This document shows, in pieces, positions 21,101 through 29,612 of a stretch of DNA of 64,000 nt. This DNA is from a virus (lineage: Duplodnaviria; Caudoviricetes): the IMG/VR virus record IMGVR_UViG_3300021164_001199, positions 1 through 64,000 of that record; one strand, 5' to 3'. Position numbers and translations under genes: made by a program. The notes under the pieces are model-generated. The model ran no database searches. It was not told the DNA's origin and worked only from the letters and a program-made list of their open reading frames with translations. The first letter of the stretch is position 1. Each line of letters opens with the position of its first letter.

Positions 21101-24100
21101 GGGAGAGCTGAAAGAGCAACTGAAGCCTATACTAAAAAAGGAGTTAATCAAAGATTAAATACAAATAAAGATGCTAGAAGAGATGTTGTTACTCAATCTA
21201 TGATTGATGTGGGATCTAATCCTTTATTCTATGCACCAGGTGCTATTGCTGCTACACCATTTATTGCACCAGCAGCAGCTACTGTAGGTGCAGCAATGAG
21301 TGCTCCAATGTCTATAGGTTCAGTAGCATTACCAATTACTGGATTAGACGCATTAGGATTAGGTTTTGGGATGAAAGGTGCAAGTCAATTAACTAATGAT
21401 TTGAGTTCTGGATATTATGGATCTGATGCACCAACTGCTGATAAAATTGCAAGAGGTATAGAAACAGGATTAGATATAGGATTTTCACCTGGAGTAATTC
21501 AAGGTCTTGGAACAGGAGTTAGAGGACTAGGTCAAGCTGGTAAATATATCATGAATAATGCTAATCTAGGTCAAAAATTAAGAAATCAAGTTGGATCAGT
21601 AATGTTATCACGTAGTTTAAATAATGGTAAAATTCCAATTGAAGCTATTCCTGAAATACAAAGAATAGATCCAATAAACCGTAGTTCAGTAAATGTTAAA
21701 AACGATTTTTTAAAAAACATGTCTGAAGAAGATTACAATAGTGTAATACAATCAATTTATAATAATAACAAAGTATCTTTTGATAATCCATTAATTCAAT
21801 TTAAATCAAGCAGACCTGTAAGTTCAACTTTACCATTAAATTTTAATACAAGAGAAGGATTCTTATTTAAAGAAAAATTTTGTTTACCTGGTAGTGAATG
21901 TGCAAAATCATCTAATGCAGTAGCAAATAAAATATATACAGATATTACTGGTAAAGAATTTAATGTTGGTGATAATGCTCATAATGCTTGGCATCTAGAA
22001 GATCAAATGACTAGATTCGGTGCAATACCTGTTGAAAGTATGGATGAATTTAAAGTAGGTGATAGATTATTAATGGGTAATGGAGTTGACCAATCTACAT
22101 ATGTTCCAGGATATACAGCTGATCCAAATATCAGACATGCTGGTACTTATGCTGGACTAATGGAACATGAAGGTAATTTTTACCAAACATTATTTGAAAG
22201 TGGTAAAGATAATCCAATGTATTTAAATAGTATTCATAATCCTTTTACTGGACCTAATACTTTACAAAAAGCATTCAGACCTAAACAATTTATTGGAAAT
22301 GAATTTGGAGAAAATTTAGTTGATAAAAATATCAGATATGCATTTCGAGATAAACCATCTGTAGCAGAATATAGTTCTCAAAATAAAAATGTTCAAGCTT
22401 TATTAACTGAAGCTGAATCATATAGAGAAAAAATTAAAAGAATGCATGATTTAACAAATGATGAATTTGATGAAATGTTAAATAGTCTAATTGGTATCGG
22501 TGCTCAAGAAACAAAACTTAATAGAGCATTGCCAGGTTCTAAATTAGCTAAAGCTAAAATTAAATTACAAAATATGTTAACTAGTGCTGGTTTAACAGCA
22601 CCAATAAAAAATACTATAAATACTGGTAAAAATATTGCAAATAAAGTATTATCTAAATCATCATCTTTACCTGAATATCCTGGAACAAGTGTTATTGAAA
22701 TGGAATCTGCTAAATTAGCAGAATCAGCAGGTATGTCATATGCTGATGCACTTAAAAGTGTAAAGAGTAAATATCAACCTAGAATGGCTTTTACACCATC
22801 TACAGTAGAACCTTCTAAAGGAATGTTTAGACAAAAATTTAAAACAGAAAATGCAAGAACCTCAAATTTTGAATCAACAATAAATGAGGATGAAGTAGGT
22901 CATGGATTAAGTCAAATGAGTGAAAATTATAATATAATAAAAAAATTATATCCTGATGCAACACCTAGACAACTAATAGATTTAACTACATTAATGTGGA
23001 ATAGTCCAGGAAAAGCTAAAAATAAAGAGTTAGTAGATTTCTTTTTATTTGGTAAAAATAATCCTAATCCTGATAAATTTAAATTTGATTATGTAACTAA
23101 AGTAAAAAATCAAAGAAATAAACTAATTGATATTAAACCAAAAGGTGTAGAAGATTATAATGAAGTTTTTAGGAATGGAAATTACCCAGAAATACAATAT
23201 CAAAAAGGTGGTTCCTTTAACCCCAATACTGATGAATTTATTGAATATAGTGATGACTTAGATACTTATCAAAAAGCTGGACAAGTTAAACCAACTTATT
23301 TATCACCTGAACAATTAGGTGCTAGACAAGTAATGCAAGCTAGTACTACAAATGTTGCACCTGTTGCTCCAAAACTTCAAGCATCTCAATATTATGCACA
23401 AGCTCAGAAAGATATTAGTAATATAAAATTATCTGATGATGACTTCAGAAAAAAATATGGTACTAATAAACATACTTGGCAAATGAAAACTGATCCACAG
23501 TATAAAGCACAAGTAGAAGCTGAAGCTATAGAATTAGCTAAAAGAAATGGAACTATAGATTTACCATCTTCAAATATGTTTAGTAAATCATATGCAGGGA
23601 ATCCTAATCTTAACTACATGATTCCTAATGGATTAACTGGTGATGCTAGAAGAAGTTATGAAGAATCTCAAATGAATGTAGTTGGTGCAGCATTACCAAT
23701 ACCAGGATTACAACAAATGGGTAGAATACCATCTATAGGACAAGCTTTAGGTACAGAAACTGGTTTATTATCTAATGTTTATAAAATAAATCCTTGGGCA
23801 GAAAGATTAAATGATGCAAATAAATCATATAGAGTTGCTGGATTAGATGCTTTTGAAGATTTTAAAAATACAGGAATATTAAGAAGTCAAAGAATTTTAC
23901 CTGAAAATGCAACTTTTTTAGATAGAGTAGCAGCAAGGTCTACAGGATTTCCATCATTTCAAAAAGGATATGCTGATATGGCATATGCTCCAAAAGAAGG
24001 TGCGGTTATATTTGAAACAGGACTTCCTACATTTAAAAGAGGAGAGATTAATCCTATAACAGGACGTCCTATTAAAGGAGGTCATTATGCTCATAGAGTT

Positions 24101-25096
24101 ATTAATCCTGAAACAGGTGTAACTATGTCACAAATACCTGGTAAAGATATTAGAGTATTTAATGATAAACCTAATTGGTTAATGGGATATGAGCAATTAG
24201 AAATTCCTAATTTAAATGTAAACTCAAATATGGGATTTGCTAACATAAGACCAAATCCAGAACAATTAAAAGATGCGTATGGATTTTTACGAAGAAGACA
24301 ATTTATTAAAGAATTACAAAAACAAGGTTTAATAGGTAAAAATTTTGAAGATTTAAATTATGCAGCAAGAAGTACAGATAAAACAAATGCATTAACTAAA
24401 CTAGCTTTAGAAAAAGAAGCTACACGTTTTAGAGGAGTTGAAGGTTCCGTACCTAAAAGTGGTAAAGGTACACAAGAATATACTGGATACAATTTTGATA
24501 TGTCAAAACCTGCATGGGGTAATGAAATATCTGAATTTGAAAATATGATAAATGCAGGGGTAGATTTTAATGATCCTATATCAATTGCTAAATATCAAGC
24601 AGTACACATACCAATGGAACAATATGGTTATAGATCTGGTATGCCAACCATGAAATATGTAGATGCTTTATATACTGGAAGTTATCCAACTGGATATGGA
24701 AAGTATATGTTTAAATTAAAGTCTCCAAGAGATTTTAGTACAGGTAATTATCAAGATTGGTTTAATAAATACCATAATTTAAAAAGTAGAGATTTTAATA
24801 AATTGGCTGTTAAAGATGGATATTATAATACTTCATTTATTCCTGAGAATTCTTATGATTTACCAGTACTTTTAGATAGAAATTCAGTAGTAGGAAAAAA
24901 AGGACAAAAGATGTTTGATATTGATGAAAGTTATCCTTTTATGAATTATAAAAACTTAAATAAAGATCAACAAATAGAATACAACAAATATTTAAAAAAA
25001 TTAAAGGATGATTGGAATACAGGTTGGAAAGGTCAATACCAAAAAGGTGGTACCTTTGATCCAAATATAGATGAATTCTTAAGTTTCGTAGACTGA
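18110..25096 (+). CDS. Modular virion cargo polyprotein (2328 aa) with zincin-, lysozyme/SLT-, NlpC/P60- and ART-like modules
   Basis: HENDH (19295-19309) plus PKEVRTRL; AIAGRESTFG...YNPG; CLPGSECAK...RHAGTY; IGAQETKL...SKGMFRQK...WN; SYRVAG and RFRGV...ALYTG...YG. Modules are separated by GG linkers. Confidence 0.6.
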   Translation: MKKRLKKFIVDPKGQYNHPGKNTYIPNAKGSITMKGVPYPVLGIDDQGNQQMMYPNEDYQFPGNGVYEIPMAQNGGTFNPDTDEFIEFNDELPQSDSKYNQKRADELGYKPDETGHLPSVDYTNGMWLKSKEHPTAWMEYLYGYTLNPELNKNTNVVINPEGYFGKNQLQYINKKYGGAFNPDTDEFIGFADELPQAQEGLEKKGFDSLSESQKALLQKGNNLDKVKGWYEKYPDEMQNYKAFIDQHNADDYLKLYDTEKEKFDESVKNNADWHKDWYAKRAQLPQFKDVATQRLNNYTDQDLESTTLVDPVNFAFNLWKDQKQDMKWRLQKNSETGKFEVKPVDRDSPPSKFEFPTDKLFGEYDPSTKKVLVNSKLVNQGYYDVNGKLYNQTVTHENDHKQDYDYPQEGTTKNISLNDWKNYDDNYSKYLLDQEGTYENPRKDPLQDVLGYNNIISDNRTDNGKDLYQYQPKEVRTRLDVWRQYNNIDALKQYSEDEIRSIIQNNSKDPNTPRNIKELYQTIDNPSKLRYLHNSYVSNDKQSPLDRFLPQNYIQKAQTGIELIDWDNAKKYMPWKTKTKFSPSKVLLRELGNVSRYNNSEEGIIKEPYKNSHEVYMDDKKGWRKVSPEDYEMYKKQYPGSDTPSGWIMNNKQTGGSLQKYQIKGQDNIQTTPAVSTGVNLNIRQIDPSVKFAAPKKSPYEQLSSLSQEAYNQYSNTLSDVDKWPQLSGKTINLTTDRYRGANVPVEYIDMLTSSAKKFKIDPYLLYAIAGRESTFGQGTLANKQRNISPIELVSGWNIASQYEPYDYTRFLADNRTPSVKTNKNKHGYYYSIDSDNRDSTLNQISNYITDNDLIDKYKKKLESTPKINYTNPYDFLAEFIIKNGVDKYNPGDPDYKNKINNEISLLKKDSAFSKYVNKKQNGGSLEQYQKKGQVVSYPSTAMTYNDNRSFFDSHAVLNDNPRYNEWLKKNIYEGNIAYDPNTGMSYPLNKKISIPEGRAERATEAYTKKGVNQRLNTNKDARRDVVTQSMIDVGSNPLFYAPGAIAATPFIAPAAATVGAAMSAPMSIGSVALPITGLDALGLGFGMKGASQLTNDLSSGYYGSDAPTADKIARGIETGLDIGFSPGVIQGLGTGVRGLGQAGKYIMNNANLGQKLRNQVGSVMLSRSLNNGKIPIEAIPEIQRIDPINRSSVNVKNDFLKNMSEEDYNSVIQSIYNNNKVSFDNPLIQFKSSRPVSSTLPLNFNTREGFLFKEKFCLPGSECAKSSNAVANKIYTDITGKEFNVGDNAHNAWHLEDQMTRFGAIPVESMDEFKVGDRLLMGNGVDQSTYVPGYTADPNIRHAGTYAGLMEHEGNFYQTLFESGKDNPMYLNSIHNPFTGPNTLQKAFRPKQFIGNEFGENLVDKNIRYAFRDKPSVAEYSSQNKNVQALLTEAESYREKIKRMHDLTNDEFDEMLNSLIGIGAQETKLNRALPGSKLAKAKIKLQNMLTSAGLTAPIKNTINTGKNIANKVLSKSSSLPEYPGTSVIEMESAKLAESAGMSYADALKSVKSKYQPRMAFTPSTVEPSKGMFRQKFKTENARTSNFESTINEDEVGHGLSQMSENYNIIKKLYPDATPRQLIDLTTLMWNSPGKAKNKELVDFFLFGKNNPNPDKFKFDYVTKVKNQRNKLIDIKPKGVEDYNEVFRNGNYPEIQYQKGGSFNPNTDEFIEYSDDLDTYQKAGQVKPTYLSPEQLGARQVMQASTTNVAPVAPKLQASQYYAQAQKDISNIKLSDDDFRKKYGTNKHTWQMKTDPQYKAQVEAEAIELAKRNGTIDLPSSNMFSKSYAGNPNLNYMIPNGLTGDARRSYEESQMNVVGAALPIPGLQQMGRIPSIGQALGTETGLLSNVYKINPWAERLNDANKSYRVAGLDAFEDFKNTGILRSQRILPENATFLDRVAARSTGFPSFQKGYADMAYAPKEGAVIFETGLPTFKRGEINPITGRPIKGGHYAHRVINPETGVTMSQIPGKDIRVFNDKPNWLMGYEQLEIPNLNVNSNMGFANIRPNPEQLKDAYGFLRRRQFIKELQKQGLIGKNFEDLNYAARSTDKTNALTKLALEKEATRFRGVEGSVPKSGKGTQEYTGYNFDMSKPAWGNEISEFENMINAGVDFNDPISIAKYQAVHIPMEQYGYRSGMPTMKYVDALYTGSYPTGYGKYMFKLKSPRDFSTGNYQDWFNKYHNLKSRDFNKLAVKDGYYNTSFIPENSYDLPVLLDRNSVVGKKGQKMFDIDESYPFMNYKNLNKDQQIEYNKYLKKLKDDWNTGWKGQYQKGGTFDPNIDEFLSFVD
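18320..25096 (+). repeat. Dispersed linker repeats inside the 2328-aa ORF
   Basis: GGxF(N/D)Pxx DEF copies at about 18320-18391, 18629-18709, 23198-23284 and 25037-25096. KQxGGSLxxYQxKGQ copies at about 20063-20107 and 20864-20911. A KAQTG half-copy at about 19775-19789. Confidence 0.9.
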
Positions 25097-25139
25097 TAAA
25101 ATTTTTGTAAATTAATAGTATATTTAGAATAACACCATT

Positions 25140-28100
25140 ATGAGAAAAGCACTAGTAAGACGTGGAGGTCAAGTCATTGAAGTAGATGTAGATGACAACT
25201 ACGTAAACCAATTACGTAAAGCAAAAAAAGGTTTACAAGTTTCTAAATCTGCTAGTGATCCATGTCCACCTGATTATTATTGGGATGAAGATGAAGGAAA
25301 ATGTGTTCCTATGTCTGCTACACTTCCTAAAAGAGAAGAGTTGTTTACTAATCCAGAAATGATAAAAGATTTACAAAGATTAAATGATAAGAGAAGGATT
25401 ATTGACTATAAACAATATTATAGAAAAACAAGAGATGATTTTTGGAATGAAAATTTTAAGGGACCATATATAATAGATGATAAGGGTAGACAAGTACCAG
25501 ATCAAAATTCTCCTGAGTTTATTAATTATAAAAAATTAGTAGAGGAACGTTTTAAAGATATGCCTGATCCTTATAAAAAATCATTTAAACTACCAGATGA
25601 TTTTAAAAAGAAAGATTTTTATCCTAAAGATGGTGAGTGGGATGAAGATTCTAAAAAGGAATTTAATCAGTTTTTTAATCCTGAACCTACTGAACAAGAA
25701 AAAGAAGAAGGAATTTTAAAAGAATACTTAAAAAGTAAACCTCAAGTAAATCCAGATTTTTATTATAAGGATATTCCAGCTAATGATCCCGTACAACAAT
25801 ATAAAATGAATCAGGATCAATTACGTGATTATAGATATGAAGAGGAATGGTGTCCATGTTATAAAATGAAGGAAGAACTAATTGCAGGAAGAATGGTAAC
25901 AAAAAAAGTTTGTGTACCATGTGAGCAGGCAAAGATGGGTGGAAGTCTTGCTAAATTTATGCAGGTTGGTGGAGAAGGATCTAGTTATCCTCTAAATAAT
26001 AGAGGTGAAGAAATTAGATACCGTAAAGAATTTGATAGAAATGGTAAACGTATAATTAAAGAAACATCAGGCTATCCTGCTGATTTAGAAGAAGGTGATC
26101 CAAGAACTACAAAGCGTACTAAAATAGTATTGAATGATGATGGTAGTGGGAGATTTGTAACTAGAAAATCTGGATTTTTTAATTATTTTGATCCAATAAG
26201 AGGTTATTATCAAGGTCCACCAAGATATTCAGAAACTTTACCTAGTGGTTCTGAATTTAATTCACAACCTACTTATCAAATGGGTGGTACTCCTCAAGGA
26301 CAAATGGCACAGATGCCTCCACAACAAGGTCAAGGTTTTGAACAAGATCAAGTAATGCAATTGATTCAAGCCTATGCTCAAGCTATGGGTATATCTGCAG
26401 AAGAGATTATTCAACAACTTCAGCAAATGGATCCTCAAGCTCAACAACAAGCTATTCAACAAATGGCTCAAGAGTTACAAGGAGGACAACCACAACAACA
26501 AGCACCTCAACAAGAAATGCCACCTGAACAAATGATGCAAAGAGGTGGTAATTCAAAAGGTGCTGATACACTTGAGATGAGTACACCTGAATATAAGAAT
26601 GATTATTTTGCTAAGTTAACTCAAAAATTTGGTCAAAATAATTATGACAAAGCTTTCATGAAAGATATGAATAGTGAATTTCAAAAATTTCAAGCAGGTG
26701 GTTATATTCAAAATGCTGATGGAACACAATCATATGATTTAGGTAGTGGATTTGATCCTAACAAATTATCTAAAGCAAATATGTTTCAAGATTATGCTAA
26801 CCAAAAAAAAGAAGATGGAAATACTTTTGGTGCATTTACAAATTTATTATATACAGGAGCAGAAAAAGTTGGTAAGGCTGCAAATACAGCAGCTCAAGTT
26901 GCAATGACTGCAGCAGGTGTTCCTCCAGGAGTAACTAACTCTTTAACTAAACCTAAAGGAAAAGATGGTTCAGGTGGATTTGATCCTTCTCAATTAATAT
27001 CAATGTTTGCTAAATATGGTGGTAACTTACCTAAGTATCAAACAGATGGACAATTTACTTCTGGTATAGGAACTTTTGGTAATTCTCCTGCATGGAATTT
27101 TGGTAATAGTGGATTAGATAATTTTATGAATGAATTTGAAATAAAAAATCCTAATTACGGAAATCAAGTTCAACCAGCTCCAGTATCTAATATTAAAATG
27201 GCTGATCAATCAAAAAATAAACCTAGTGGTTTAGATTTTGGTCCACAAGATGATCCTATAACAACTAATGCAACTAATCCAAATAAAGATAAAGAATTAA
27301 TTGCGGGTCCTGATTCTGTTAAAAAACCAAATTTTAGTTTATCAGAAATGGGAGCTGGTAAAGGAATGGGACCAGCTGTAGCTGGTTTATTTGAAGCAAT
27401 GGGTAATAAGGGTAAAGCTAAACAAGCAGAAGCATTTGCACAAAATGCATTTATTTCTGATAACTTATTTACATCAAATACAGGAGATAGAATAGATAGG
27501 GGAGATTATGTAATGAACACTCAACCTAATAATGCTAATTTTAGACCAGATCAAAATATACCAATGGGGCCATTTGCTAGTGAGTTTGGTAAGTATGGTA
27601 TGCAAGTAGCTAAAGTAGGAGTACAAGTACAGAATCCTTATATGTCTAATCCATACTCACATCCAGAAGCTATTCTTTATGGTGAACCAGATCCTAAAGT
27701 ATCTAATACTTTAAAACCAGTTAAAAGAGAAAATGCTAATCTAGAAGCAGAAGTTGGTGAAGTAGCTGTTACTCCAAGTGGACCAGATGGTGTACCTAAA
27801 TTCTTTAAGATAGGTGGTAAGAATCACTATGATGGTGGTACTCCATTAAATCTTCCTGAGAATACTTTTATATTCTCTAAGACTAGATCTATGATTATCA
27901 AAGATCCAAAGATTCTTAAAGAATTAACAGGATCAACTAAACCAGCAACACCTGCAGATTTAGCTAAGAAATTTGACTATTCAGAATATGTAGCAACAAT
28001 TCAAAATAAAAATTCTGATCCAGTAGAAAGAAAAACTGCTGAATTCATGATTGAGAATATGATGTATAAACTTGGTCAAATTGCTATTATACAAGAAGCT

Positions 28101-29588
28101 AAAAAAGGATTCCCTAATGGTATACCTTTGGTGGCTGTACCATACTTAGAAAAAGCAGGTATTGCTCCAGAAAGTATACTACCTCAAATACAACAAGAAC
28201 AACCTCCAATGGATCCAGGAATGCAACAACAAATGATGCAACAACCTCAAGAGCAAATGGATCCTAGAATGATGCAAGAACAAATGCAACCAATGCCAGA
28301 AGAAATGATGATGCCTCCTATGGCTAGATATGGTGGTACTAATTTAGAAAGATATCAGACTAAAGGTCAAGTACTTACTCCTGAGCAGGTTGCAGCTGCA
28401 GATCAAGCTTTAGGAAGAATTGAACATTATAAAATAAGAGGTCAAGGTAATGCAGATGCAATGGCAGGATATAAAGCACAAATTGATAGTCTTTATAGAA
28501 ATCCAATGTATGATATTAAAGCAAAAGTAGATTCATTAGATAATATATATCCTACAGTAGTAAGTAAATTTACAGATGTACCTTGGAATCAAGTTTTTGA
28601 TCCTAATAAAACTTATAATAAAAATTTAATTTATAGAAAAGAAAATATTAGTGATGCTAGTATTGATTATTTAAAAAAGAATAGTCCAGAAGAATTAGAA
28701 AAATTTGAAAATAGACCTAATCCATATTTTAAAAGCTATAATTATAAAAAAGTAGGTGGTACTAATATAATGGGTGGTCCTGTGATACCAGCTTATCAAA
28801 CAGGTAATCAAGTTAAAGGAAATTTTGCTCAAAAAGTTTTATCAGGTAAAAATCCAATCACAAATCAAGAAGCTATTCCAACTAAAAAAAATAATTCATA
28901 CATGCCAGAAGCATGGACACTTTATGCAAAAGCAATAAGATCTAGAAATTTAGATGAAATAAATGCTGCAGCTGACTATTTTGAAAAAATAGATGTACCA
29001 AATAGTTTAGGTACAAGTTTCCTTAAACCCTTTATTTTACAAACTGAACAAGATGTTTTTGATAATGCAGCAGCAGCTCTAAGAGATAGATCAAAAATGT
29101 TAATAAAAGATAGTGAACAAGCAACTATGTCTGCTAGACAATTTGAAGAAAATAAAAAATTATCTGATTTTAGAAATAAGTTAATTGAACTAAAAAAATC
29201 AATTCCTTATAATTTAGAAAATATTAGTAAAATAGAAAAAATAAATGAGGCTATAAAAGAAACAGCTAAATTTAGTCCTTCAAAAAATTCAAATAATTGG
29301 TTTTTATTACCTCAGTTTGACATATTTGATAATAATTATGATAGTCCTAATTCTTTAATAAATAAATATAGTAATTTATTTACAGAAGATCCTTCTTCTA
29401 AAACATCTAAAGAACCAGCTAAATCTAAAACAACTATGGCTGCAGATAGTGCATCTAAATCTACTCCAACTGCTGTACAAGCTCCTGTTAAAAAAGAAAA
29501 ATCAAAATCTACTACTAATGCTTCAAGTAACAAACAACCAAGAATTAAAAAAGTAGAAAGTCTTGATGGATATGAAATTTTAGATTAA
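25140..29588 (+). CDS. Virion cargo (ejection) protein with Gln/Met/Pro low-complexity tracts
   Basis: Core motif ANLEAEVGE...IGGKNHYDGGTPLNLPENTFIFS resembles the crAss-like cargo protein that follows the muzzle gene. Contains many xQxGG/AxYGG motifs. Confidence 0.55.
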   Translation: MRKALVRRGGQVIEVDVDDNYVNQLRKAKKGLQVSKSASDPCPPDYYWDEDEGKCVPMSATLPKREELFTNPEMIKDLQRLNDKRRIIDYKQYYRKTRDDFWNENFKGPYIIDDKGRQVPDQNSPEFINYKKLVEERFKDMPDPYKKSFKLPDDFKKKDFYPKDGEWDEDSKKEFNQFFNPEPTEQEKEEGILKEYLKSKPQVNPDFYYKDIPANDPVQQYKMNQDQLRDYRYEEEWCPCYKMKEELIAGRMVTKKVCVPCEQAKMGGSLAKFMQVGGEGSSYPLNNRGEEIRYRKEFDRNGKRIIKETSGYPADLEEGDPRTTKRTKIVLNDDGSGRFVTRKSGFFNYFDPIRGYYQGPPRYSETLPSGSEFNSQPTYQMGGTPQGQMAQMPPQQGQGFEQDQVMQLIQAYAQAMGISAEEIIQQLQQMDPQAQQQAIQQMAQELQGGQPQQQAPQQEMPPEQMMQRGGNSKGADTLEMSTPEYKNDYFAKLTQKFGQNNYDKAFMKDMNSEFQKFQAGGYIQNADGTQSYDLGSGFDPNKLSKANMFQDYANQKKEDGNTFGAFTNLLYTGAEKVGKAANTAAQVAMTAAGVPPGVTNSLTKPKGKDGSGGFDPSQLISMFAKYGGNLPKYQTDGQFTSGIGTFGNSPAWNFGNSGLDNFMNEFEIKNPNYGNQVQPAPVSNIKMADQSKNKPSGLDFGPQDDPITTNATNPNKDKELIAGPDSVKKPNFSLSEMGAGKGMGPAVAGLFEAMGNKGKAKQAEAFAQNAFISDNLFTSNTGDRIDRGDYVMNTQPNNANFRPDQNIPMGPFASEFGKYGMQVAKVGVQVQNPYMSNPYSHPEAILYGEPDPKVSNTLKPVKRENANLEAEVGEVAVTPSGPDGVPKFFKIGGKNHYDGGTPLNLPENTFIFSKTRSMIIKDPKILKELTGSTKPATPADLAKKFDYSEYVATIQNKNSDPVERKTAEFMIENMMYKLGQIAIIQEAKKGFPNGIPLVAVPYLEKAGIAPESILPQIQQEQPPMDPGMQQQMMQQPQEQMDPRMMQEQMQPMPEEMMMPPMARYGGTNLERYQTKGQVLTPEQVAAADQALGRIEHYKIRGQGNADAMAGYKAQIDSLYRNPMYDIKAKVDSLDNIYPTVVSKFTDVPWNQVFDPNKTYNKNLIYRKENISDASIDYLKKNSPEELEKFENRPNPYFKSYNYKKVGGTNIMGGPVIPAYQTGNQVKGNFAQKVLSGKNPITNQEAIPTKKNNSYMPEAWTLYAKAIRSRNLDEINAAADYFEKIDVPNSLGTSFLKPFILQTEQDVFDNAAAALRDRSKMLIKDSEQATMSARQFEENKKLSDFRNKLIELKKSIPYNLENISKIEKINEAIKETAKFSPSKNSNNWFLLPQFDIFDNNYDSPNSLINKYSNLFTEDPSSKTSKEPAKSKTTMAADSASKSTPTAVQAPVKKEKSKSTTNASSNKQPRIKKVESLDGYEILD

Positions 29589-29612
29589 TAATAATTTATA
29601 AAATAAAAAATT

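Noticed and set aside
18320-25096. CRISPR array or DGR template/variable repeats
   Set aside because: The repeats are degenerate, irregularly spaced and conserved at protein level with synonymous variation. There is no adenine-specific mismatch pattern and no reverse transcriptase in the window.
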